A DNA stretch of 32,000 nt, from contig CP060499.1 of NCBI GenBank assembly GCA_024760525.1, forward strand, positions 997,296 through 1,029,295. Direction: 5' to 3'. Positions 8,999 to 16,441 of the stretch are shown one piece after another. Made by a program: the position numbers and the translations under genes. The stretch is from Nitrospira sp. Lineage in GTDB: Bacteria > Nitrospirota > Nitrospiria > Nitrospirales > Nitrospiraceae. Below the pieces are notes generated by a model that saw nothing but the letters and a program-made list of their open reading frames with translations, did not search any database and was not told where the DNA came from. How positions within the stretch are numbered: position 1 is the stretch's first letter; every line of letters begins with the position of its first letter.

Positions 8999-10069
8999 TC
9001 AGGAGACCGGCTTAGGAATGATTGCGGTCGCGAGCTCATGCAACAGATGTTCTGTTTCGCCCCAGCCAAGGCAGGCATCGGTAATGGAAACACCGTGAAG
9101 AAGGGCGACGCCTTCTTTCCACGCCTGTCTACCGGGGTTCAAGTTGCTTTCGAGCATCAGCCCCATGATGCTTTGGCGGCCTTCCCGGAATTGCCGCAAC
9201 ACCTCATGGGCGACAAAGCCTTGACGGGTATGGTCCTTCTTGGAATTGTCGTGTGAGCAATCGATCATGATCGGGCGGGCGATGCCTTCTTCTGCGACGG
9301 CAGCCTCTGCCTTGGCGACATGCTCGGCTTCGTAATTGGTTCTTCCGCCTCCACCGCGCAACACGATGTGGCGGTCAGGGTTACCCATCGTCTTGATGAT
9401 CGCGGTTTGGCCGTCGGCGTTGATACCGACGAAATGATGTGGAATACGGGCGGAACTCATTGCGTTGATGGCGACTTGCATGCTGCCCTCGGTCCCATTC
9501 TTAAACCCGACCGGCATGGACACGCCGCTGGCCATTTCCCGATGGGTTTGGCTCTCTGTGGTGCGGGCGCCGATCGCCGCCCAACTGATCAAGTCGGCGA
9601 CGTATTGCGGGCTGATGGGATCCAGCAATTCCGTCCCGCAGGGGAGGCCCAACTGATTGATCCTGAGGAGAATCGCTCTCGCCAATTCCACCCCCGTCGC
9701 AATGTCACAGGTCCCATCGAGGTGAGGGTCATTGATAAGGCCTTTCCACCCGACGGTGGTCCGGGGCTTTTCAAAATAGGTTCGCATGACGATGAGGAAG
9801 CGATCGCGCAGCGCATCGGCAACGGGCTTTAGTTTGGCGGCATATTCATAGGCGGCATCAGGGTCATGAATGGAACAGGGACCCACGATGACCAGCAGCC
9901 GATCACGATCTTGCCCATGGAGAATTCGGCGAATCGCTTCTCGGGTTTCGACGACCAGGGCTCCTGCTTGATCGGTAATGGGCAGTTTTGTCTTGACGGC
10001 ACGGGGGGAGGGGAGTGCCTTGATTTCGATAACGTGCTGGTTGTCGATCGGTCTATTCATGAATTCCAC
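8999..10069 (-). CDS. aroG: 3-deoxy-7-phosphoheptulonate (DAHP) synthase, class I
   Basis: 356-aa ORF. Motifs 'LLVIVGPCSIHD', 'RTYFEKPRTTVGWKGLINDP' and 'IGARTTESQTHREMASG' are diagnostic of AroF/G/H-type enzymes. The allosteric specificity (F, G or H) cannot be told by eye. Confidence 0.9.
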   Translation of the reverse strand: MEFMNRPIDNQHVIEIKALPSPRAVKTKLPITDQAGALVVETREAIRRILHGQDRDRLLVIVGPCSIHDPDAAYEYAAKLKPVADALRDRFLIVMRTYFEKPRTTVGWKGLINDPHLDGTCDIATGVELARAILLRINQLGLPCGTELLDPISPQYVADLISWAAIGARTTESQTHREMASGVSMPVGFKNGTEGSMQVAINAMSSARIPHHFVGINADGQTAIIKTMGNPDRHIVLRGGGGRTNYEAEHVAKAEAAVAEEGIARPIMIDCSHDNSKKDHTRQGFVAHEVLRQFREGRQSIMGLMLESNLNPGRQAWKEGVALLHGVSITDACLGWGETEHLLHELATAIIPKPVS

Positions 10070-10212
10070 GCACCTTGTTTTGGCCCTTGGTCGACTCTAC
10101 CCTGAAAGGGGACGAATCTAACGAATAATAGCAGAAAAGTCCATACTGCCTAACTAAGCGGCCGATCAGAGAGAATTGGGGCCTGGAGCGAGGAGTTCTT
10201 GCAATTTCAAGC

Positions 10213-10569
10213 ATGGGTTCTTATTCTATGGCCATGCGGGCGATGATAGCTGGAACTACACGTTTCTCTCCGTTCCTCCGTCTGGGAGTCGCGCTGGGGA
10301 TGATCTGCATCATGCTGGGCATGGCGCCTTTTGCCATGGCCCAGGACGTTCATCATGAGCTGGCCGCAGCTGATTCGGATGGTCACGAACATTCGGACAC
10401 CGACATTTGTCAGTGGGTTCAGCACCATACGGCCGGCTCAGTCGATTGTGATGTTCCTCGGTTAGCTCTTTGCGAATCGGTCCAACAGCGGGAGCTTCCG
10501 TCCGAAACTATTCTGCTGTCGGCAGCCCCTTTGCTAGTCGGTCCTTCCCGCGCTCCTCCCCGTTTGTAA
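10213..10569 (+). CDS. small secreted His/Cys-rich protein (possibly DUF2946-like, metal-binding)
   Basis: 118-aa ORF with a signal peptide ending 'APFAMA-QD'. The mature part is rich in His, Asp and Cys ('DVHHE...DSDGHEHSDTDICQW VQHH...DCD...LCE') and ends '...SRAPPRL'. It sits immediately upstream of a TonB-dependent receptor. The start codon is uncertain because several in-frame Met codons are available. Confidence 0.5.
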   Translation: MGSYSMAMRAMIAGTTRFSPFLRLGVALGMICIMLGMAPFAMAQDVHHELAAADSDGHEHSDTDICQWVQHHTAGSVDCDVPRLALCESVQQRELPSETILLSAAPLLVGPSRAPPRL

Positions 10570-10672
10570 CCGTCGCGTCAGTCTCCGGATAGGATAATAG
10601 GCTGCTCGCTATGGGGCATGCCTGATTCCGTCCCATATTCCCACGATCGTCGCGTTGTGACTGAGGAGGGGC

Positions 10673-13084
10673 ATGATGTACCCGGTGGTGAGATGTGTAC
10701 TGTGCGCAGGGTTTGCCATAGGAATGGCCTGGTGTAACTGTTCAGACATTTATGCGGCGGATCATGATGAGTCCTTGGTCATTAAGGGAGTGGTCCAAAA
10801 TCAGGATCTCCGCCGAGTGCCCCAGGCAGTGGTCGAGGTGAAGAATCAAGAGGGGGACACGGTATCCTCCGGGGTCTCGAACGATGCCGGCGAGTTCAAA
10901 GTCTCTGTCATAGCGGGCGGCACCTATTCCGTCAGCGCCGTTCAAGAAACCTATCGAAGTGAATATGTCGTGCTGACGCTAGGTGACGAGCCACCAAAAG
11001 CTGTGACGCTCACCCTCTCACAAACTACGGAAGTGTCGCTTGAAGTGGTATCGCCGCTGCCCCCCATTCAGGCCAAAGCATCGAGTGAGACCTATTCGCT
11101 CAGCCGAAGAGAAATCGATGTCCTCCCGCGCGGGAACAACATCAATCTGGAGGATCTGTTGGTGACGATTCCAAGTGCAACCTATGGATCCTTGAAACAA
11201 GTCCATATCCGACAGGACCATGCCAATCTTCAATTCCGCATCGACGGGGTACCGATTCCGGACACGGTCTCTTCGACGTTTTCGGATGTGATTACGCCCA
11301 GAGCCTGGGAGCGGGCGGATATCGTGCTGGGTGGCATGGAGGCAAATGTGGGAAACAAGGCGACGGCGCTGCTCGATATCACAACCAAGAGCGGGACGAA
11401 GCCGGGATTCGGGTCGGTTCAAATGTTCGGAGGGTCGAACAACACCATCAATCCGTCCATCGAGTATGGAGGAAGTATCGGTCAGAAGTTCCGTTACTAC
11501 TTCCTGAACAGCCATACGGCGACGAATCGGGGAATCGAGCCACCGACCCTCGGTCATTCTATCTTTCACGGGCAGAGCGAGCGGAACCAAACGATGTTTC
11601 GCGGTGATTATCAGCACGATAACAACAATAACTTCACGTTCCTATTCTTGAACTCCGTCGCCAAGTATCAGATTCCCACGCAGCCGGGCCAGGCGCTGAA
11701 TCCCACCATCGTCGGTCTGCTACCCGGAGGGTTGACCCCCGTGCCGTCGGAAATGGTGGATGAGAATCAGAAAGAGAACAATCAGTACGGCCACGTGGTC
11801 TGGAGACACGACATCAACACCCGTAACTTTTTCAGCATGGCCGGGTATTTCCGCCGCACGAGGGCCACGTTCAGGACCGATCCGTTCAATGTCTTGTCGT
11901 ATGTGCCGGACGAAACTGAACCCTTCTCGGCGGGCAGCCAGGATCGCACCGGTTATTCCGGCGGTGCGCGCTTCGATTACAGCTTTGTCCATAGCAAGGA
12001 GCATTTGATCAAGGTTGGATTCCAGATCGATCGCACGCAGGCGATCAATAAGACGAGGCTGTTTACGTTTCTCGATGACGGGTTGGGCGGTCCAATCGGA
12101 GGTGTCATCAATGTCAATGCCGACAACCGGCTGATCGGTTGGCGCCAGGAGTTCTGGATTCAGGATCAATGGACTCCGAACGAGCACTGGACCTTCAACG
12201 TGGGCGTCCGCGGGGATGCCGTGCAGTACCAGCGAGACGAAGGACAGATCAGCCCGCGGATCGGCGTCACGTATCGATACAACCCTGCCCACGCGTTTCA
12301 TGCCTTCTATGGCCGGCTCTTTACTCCTCCGAATCTTGAGGCGATTTCCTTCGCCAAGCTGAATACGGCGGGAACGAAAGCGGCTCCGGAGGATACGACC
12401 AACAATCAGCCTCGCGCCGAGCGCGCCCATTATTTTCAGATCGGCAGCTCCCATGCCTTGACGGATTGGGCGACTCTGCAACTCACCGGCTACTACAAGT
12501 TGGCCAACTTCCTTTCGGATGCCGGCCAGTTTGGCACGACGCCCTTGTTGAATTATTTTGCCTTTGAGCGAGGCTGGACCAGGGGCGCCGATGCGGCGCT
12601 CAAGGTGTGGTTCATGGAGAATCTGTCGGGCCGCGGGAACATCGCCTGGGGACAGTGTAAAGGGTACGGGCTGCAATCCGGCCATTTCTTATTGGAGGCG
12701 GCCGAGATTGCGGATATCAATACCTCCAGTGGAATCCATTGTGATCACCAACAGACGTTGACCGCTTCGGGCGTGCTGAGTTATCGATTGCTCGAGCGAA
12801 CGACGATCACCGGGCAGGTGTTGTTCGCATCGGGACTTCGAACGGCGGAGGAAGGTGGAAAGACCAATTCGACTCATAGCCCGTCCTACACCGTTTATAA
12901 CTTTTCGATCGCTCATGTCATTCCGTTGCCCTGGGATGGGCAGAAGCTACTGCTCGGGTTCGATATCGTGAATGCCCTGGATCAAAAGTATTTGATCAAT
13001 CAAGGGGAAGGTAGTATCGGCCTCGGGGTCTCTCATGCCGGGATGCCGCGGTCCTTCTTCTTCCGAGGGCAATGGTTCTTCTGA
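10673..13084 (+). CDS. TonB-dependent outer-membrane receptor with N-terminal carboxypeptidase-regulatory-like domain
   Basis: 803-aa ORF with a signal peptide. It has a CarboxypepD_reg-like beta-sandwich ('GVVQNQDLRRVPQAVVEVKN...AGEFKVSV') and a plug domain ('LEDLLVTIPSATYGS...QFRIDGVPIPD'). A long beta-barrel ends in the terminal aromatic '...FFFRGQWFF'. Confidence 0.85.
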   Translation: MMYPVVRCVLCAGFAIGMAWCNCSDIYAADHDESLVIKGVVQNQDLRRVPQAVVEVKNQEGDTVSSGVSNDAGEFKVSVIAGGTYSVSAVQETYRSEYVVLTLGDEPPKAVTLTLSQTTEVSLEVVSPLPPIQAKASSETYSLSRREIDVLPRGNNINLEDLLVTIPSATYGSLKQVHIRQDHANLQFRIDGVPIPDTVSSTFSDVITPRAWERADIVLGGMEANVGNKATALLDITTKSGTKPGFGSVQMFGGSNNTINPSIEYGGSIGQKFRYYFLNSHTATNRGIEPPTLGHSIFHGQSERNQTMFRGDYQHDNNNNFTFLFLNSVAKYQIPTQPGQALNPTIVGLLPGGLTPVPSEMVDENQKENNQYGHVVWRHDINTRNFFSMAGYFRRTRATFRTDPFNVLSYVPDETEPFSAGSQDRTGYSGGARFDYSFVHSKEHLIKVGFQIDRTQAINKTRLFTFLDDGLGGPIGGVINVNADNRLIGWRQEFWIQDQWTPNEHWTFNVGVRGDAVQYQRDEGQISPRIGVTYRYNPAHAFHAFYGRLFTPPNLEAISFAKLNTAGTKAAPEDTTNNQPRAERAHYFQIGSSHALTDWATLQLTGYYKLANFLSDAGQFGTTPLLNYFAFERGWTRGADAALKVWFMENLSGRGNIAWGQCKGYGLQSGHFLLEAAEIADINTSSGIHCDHQQTLTASGVLSYRLLERTTITGQVLFASGLRTAEEGGKTNSTHSPSYTVYNFSIAHVIPLPWDGQKLLLGFDIVNALDQKYLINQGEGSIGLGVSHAGMPRSFFFRGQWFF

Positions 13085-13098
13085 TATAAGAGGATCGT

Positions 13099-13560
13099 AT
13101 GGATGAAATCATGACGATGCTGTGCCGCGCTGGTACACGGCTTGTGTTCTCCGGGGTGCTGTGCGTGTTCCTGGGGCCCGCCGCTGCACATGCAGCGGCG
13201 GGTGACGACGCGACCCATGAAAGCGATCACGAGGAAGACGTCCTGGAGCTGCCGGAGGTCCATGTTCATGGGCTGCCGCTCAATAAAGATCAGCAAGTGG
13301 GTCCTGTCGCCAAGTCAACGCCATGGCCCGGCATTCCTGCATCACTCGCCGGCCAAGAACTCGATGATTGGATGAAGGCACGCTTGTTGGTTTCCAAGCA
13401 GGCGAAGGTGACGGTCGTGGTGTTGGAGCCGTGCAAACATCGGGAACTCACGACTGCCGGAGTCAATGCGCTCGGCAGATGGACCTTCGATCCCCAGATG
13501 CGTGGGGATGATCCGGTTGACGGTGAGCTGACCGTCCGAATCCATTTTCGGACGCGGTGA
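13099..13560 (+). CDS. secreted TonB C-terminal-domain-like protein without an obvious anchor or Pro-rich spacer
   Basis: 153-aa ORF with a signal peptide ('...LGPAAAHA-AAG') and an acidic, His-rich segment ('DDATHESDHEEDVLELPEVHVH'). The C-terminal ~80 aa follow the TonB_C pattern ('PWPGIP...ARLLVSKQAKVTVVVLEP...AGVNALGRWTFDP...DGELTVRIHF'). It lies 14 nt after the receptor gene. Confidence 0.55.
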   Translation: MDEIMTMLCRAGTRLVFSGVLCVFLGPAAAHAAAGDDATHESDHEEDVLELPEVHVHGLPLNKDQQVGPVAKSTPWPGIPASLAGQELDDWMKARLLVSKQAKVTVVVLEPCKHRELTTAGVNALGRWTFDPQMRGDDPVDGELTVRIHFRTR

Positions 13561-13651
13561 AGGGTGGCTCTCTGACAATCGTCATTTACCTTATGGGCAG
13601 GAGAATGGTTGCCGCTTGACGCCCAATGGGTAACGCTTTATCGTCGCGTGC

Positions 13652-14236
13652 ATGAGCATAGACGAGACTCTTTTCTTTGCGATCAACGGCTTGGCGGGCC
13701 GGTCACCGGCTGCCGATCACTTCTTCCTCCAACTGGGAAACCGGAGCCTGCTTTATGTGCCCGGAGCCTGCGCTATCGCCTATTGGATTTGGAGCAACCG
13801 GCGAGAGGCATTGTTAGGCGGACCCGTTCTGGCCGGCGCGGTCGGATTCGCTGATTTTATCGGTGGACAGCTCAAATGGGTCTTTGAGCGTGTCAGGCCA
13901 TGCCGAGCGCTCGCCGAGGCGGTGAAAATCGAGCCGAGTGGCTGCGGAGGGTTATTCAGTTTTCCGTCGAACCATGCGATCAATACGGCAGCCGCCGCGG
14001 CGTTTCTGCAAACCCTCTATCCGAGATCCGGTTGGGTCACCTGGCCGATCGTGGGCCTCGTCGGATTCGCGCGCGTATATATCGGCGCGCATTATGTGAC
14101 TGATGTGCTCGGCGGATGGGCGCTCGGAGGCCTTCTTGGCGCAGGAGCAGCATTTGTCCTACTTCGCTGGCCACGATTCAGAAAGAAGTTAGGATCGGTG
14201 GCCGCGCCGGTTGAGGAAGCGCACGTAAGGTCCTGA
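13652..14236 (+). CDS. PAP2-family (type 2 phosphatidic acid / undecaprenyl-PP / lipid A) phosphatase
   Basis: 194-aa polytopic ORF with the three PAP2 motifs: 'KWVFERVRP' (KX6RP), 'FPSNH' and 'ARVYIGAHYVTD' (RX5HX3D). Confidence 0.8.
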   Translation: MSIDETLFFAINGLAGRSPAADHFFLQLGNRSLLYVPGACAIAYWIWSNRREALLGGPVLAGAVGFADFIGGQLKWVFERVRPCRALAEAVKIEPSGCGGLFSFPSNHAINTAAAAAFLQTLYPRSGWVTWPIVGLVGFARVYIGAHYVTDVLGGWALGGLLGAGAAFVLLRWPRFRKKLGSVAAPVEEAHVRS

Positions 14237-14238
14237 GA

Positions 14239-15207
14239 TTATGCGGACGATGTCGGCTGCTCCACCGTCGCCAAAAGATCCGCTCGCAGACGATCGATGT
14301 CATATCCTCGGCCGATCAATACCAAGGCCGGATCCGGTTCATCCAACAAGGTGAGCGGCGCAATTGTCGCCTGCCCAGGCGGCGCATACTGGAATTCCTG
14401 CAGCTCCGGTTCATTTGCAAACCGGAAGTAGCCTTTCGCCCGTTCCAGTTCCTTCGGAATAGTTTTAATCCACGCCAAGAAGCGCCGACGAATGAGTGGA
14501 CCTGGCAATGGGACCGTGGTGGCGATCGGATGGTAGGCCGCCCGTTGAGGGGAACCCGCTCGTGACTTGCTGAAAAGCACATTGGTGGGCACCGCCTGTT
14601 TCGCCGATGGATGGGGTGTCAGAAGGGCTGCGGCATCGAGCCGCGCATGGGACGTTTCCCACAGGCGGGCATAGGGATTTTGCTCGAGAATGGCGTCGCG
14701 GAACCTTTCCCAATGGCCAGGAACGTAGAGGTCCCGCTTGTTCAAGATCAGGTCGTCGGCACAGCGGATCGCTTGGGTCGTCACATAGGCGCTGGAGTGG
14801 CTTTCTTCCGTCGAAACAGGATGGAGGAGAGCAATTACCCGTTCAAGCGCAGCCAGCCGTGCCGTATAGGCATCAGTTACCGCGTCGATGACTTCGGCGG
14901 GATCGGCGAGCCCTGAACATTCCAGAATCAGAACATCCGATCCATGATCGCGTACCAGTTGCGCGATTCCCCAAGACAGGTCCTCTTTCGTGTCGCAACA
15001 GACGCAGCCTCCGGCCAGGTTCATGACCTGCTCGGCAAGTGTGCCGGCGCGAGGGCCATCGATGCTGACCGCCCCTGCCTCGTTCATCAGGACACCGGCC
15101 CGCCGTCCTTGCGCTTTCCAATATTCGAGCAAACGCATCAGCAGCGTGGTCTTACCCGCGCCAAGGGAACCGCAGAGGATGTAGAAGGGGACAGGGGCCG
15201 AAGGCAT
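14239..15207 (-). CDS. COG0523/CobW-family G3E metallochaperone GTPase
   Basis: 322-aa ORF. Walker A 'GSLGAGKTTLL', metal-binding 'GCVCCD' (CXCC), 'ILECSGLADP', 'LNKRD', and a CobW_C-like C-terminus. Metal specificity (Zn, Co or other) cannot be read from the sequence. Confidence 0.85.
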   Translation of the reverse strand: MPSAPVPFYILCGSLGAGKTTLLMRLLEYWKAQGRRAGVLMNEAGAVSIDGPRAGTLAEQVMNLAGGCVCCDTKEDLSWGIAQLVRDHGSDVLILECSGLADPAEVIDAVTDAYTARLAALERVIALLHPVSTEESHSSAYVTTQAIRCADDLILNKRDLYVPGHWERFRDAILEQNPYARLWETSHARLDAAALLTPHPSAKQAVPTNVLFSKSRAGSPQRAAYHPIATTVPLPGPLIRRRFLAWIKTIPKELERAKGYFRFANEPELQEFQYAPPGQATIAPLTLLDEPDPALVLIGRGYDIDRLRADLLATVEQPTSSA

Positions 15208-15304
15208 ATTCCTCCAGAATCAGGCTCAAATCATTGTAGCGACTTAGGCGAAGAACATGAAGGGCGCAGTGAAACGGTTCATCGGCGGCTGCTCAGGGAG
15301 TTGG

Positions 15305-16234
15305 TCATCTTTGATAGCAATTCCTCGTTGGATCATCCGGGGGTGAATCGTGGGCGCAGTTCGGGCCCATGGGCCGTGGCGCCCGGACATAGCCTTCTAC
15401 CGTATGGTTTTTTTCTAAGATCTCAAAATGAGACTCGTGACACGATCCTGAACATCCGGTCGTGGTCGGCAATGGGTTGTTCAAGGCCACGGATTTCCCG
15501 CCGACCGGGATAAATCGCGGATAGGATATTGTCGTTGCGCCGAACGTTAACCGTCCCTGTTGTGGCGACTGCTCGACACGGGTGGTAAATGTCGGGCGTA
15601 CGCGCTCAGGTCTCAACACCGTTGCCCAGATGGGATCATCAGGGGCGACCAAGAACGCGTTGTTCCCGCGATGACATTCGGTGCACGCCACAGTCCCGAG
15701 AGCGAATCCTTGGACGGGGTCTCGGAGCGAGGATAGCTGTACCTCGGTCGCCTCGGGTGTCCACTGTGTACGCGATGAACTCGTGTCGTTTCCCCAAAAA
15801 CAGGCATGCCCTGTCGTGGCGCTTTGACAGATAACCTGGAATGAGCCGCCGTTTCGTCCTATCGCGATGCAGGCGCCTCTCACGTTTGGCGAGGCGTACG
15901 ACCAGACGCTTGCGGATGCTGTCTGATCGGCCGGTGCCTGCTCCGGACTATTGGGCGTCAGCAGAATGGTCTTAAGATTACCGTGGCTTTCCCATTCGGA
16001 GGAAGACTGCTTCCAATCGGGTGGGACCGGCACACCTCTCGCACGGCAGGATTCCATGTAATCGCCTTCGACCGTGACGCCCAAGATCGCTGTTTGAGTT
16101 GCACCAGGCGATCGGGAGTTCCCCGCTTCTTTCGGTGGCTCGACGAGCGAGCAGCCTGGGAGGAGAAGGCAGACCGAGGCCATGACAGATGATCTGAGAA
16201 AACTCCCAATTGTTCCAGAATGCCTGGCACTCAT
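15305..16234 (-). CDS. hypothetical Cys-rich lipoprotein with a c-type haem-binding motif
   Basis: 309-aa ORF. The signal peptide has the lipobox-like 'LLLPGC'. There is one canonical CXXCH ('ACTECHRG') and one CX3CH variant ('GCSGSCHES'), with about 12 Cys in total. I recognise no family. It lies upstream of the COG0523 gene on the same strand. Confidence 0.55.
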   Translation of the reverse strand: MSARHSGTIGSFLRSSVMASVCLLLPGCSLVEPPKEAGNSRSPGATQTAILGVTVEGDYMESCRARGVPVPPDWKQSSSEWESHGNLKTILLTPNSPEQAPADQTASASVWSYASPNVRGACIAIGRNGGSFQVICQSATTGHACFWGNDTSSSRTQWTPEATEVQLSSLRDPVQGFALGTVACTECHRGNNAFLVAPDDPIWATVLRPERVRPTFTTRVEQSPQQGRLTFGATTISYPRFIPVGGKSVALNNPLPTTTGCSGSCHESHFEILEKNHTVEGYVRAPRPMGPNCAHDSPPDDPTRNCYQR

Positions 16235-16273
16235 CTCCGCGCGTCCTATATGGCGTTATGAGTAGAGGGCCTG

Positions 16274-16300
16274 ATTATACATCACAGAGGCTGATGTCAA
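16274..16300 (-). promoter_or_regulatory. candidate sigma-70 promoter for the lipoprotein/COG0523 unit
   Basis: On the minus strand there is a perfect TTGACA (16300-16295) and a perfect TATAAT (16279-16274), separated by a short 15-nt spacer. The site is about 40 nt upstream of the ATG at 16234, and an AGGA lies 9 nt before that ATG. Confidence 0.45.
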
Positions 16301-16441
16301 GGGCTCCTTTGGCCGAATGTGTTCGACGGGCGGCCACGCGACGATCTTCGCTCGCGGTGTTGCTGCGCACATGCTTGTGATAGAAAAACTGTACCGAAGG
16401 CGTTCTGTTTTCCAACGCGGTTGCGAAGTACCGTGTCAGTC

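Noticed and set aside
10104-10125. Direct repeat ACGAAT-cta-ACGAAT-aat upstream of the His/Cys-rich ORF, as a possible Fur/Zur box. A similar GGATAGGATAATAGG lies at 10589-10603 upstream of the receptor.
   Set aside because: They only loosely resemble GATAAT hexamer arrays and have no dyad symmetry. They cannot be separated from chance without a genome-wide motif model.
11720-12685. 321-aa ORF antisense to the TonB-dependent receptor.
   Set aside because: It lies entirely inside a well-supported receptor gene. Its composition is Arg/Pro/Gly-rich with no recognisable motifs. It is a typical shadow ORF in GC-rich DNA.
14944-15513. 189-aa plus-strand ORF bridging the COG0523 5' end and the lipoprotein 3' end.
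   Set aside because: It overlaps two better-supported minus-strand genes and has no recognisable motifs. It is a shadow ORF.
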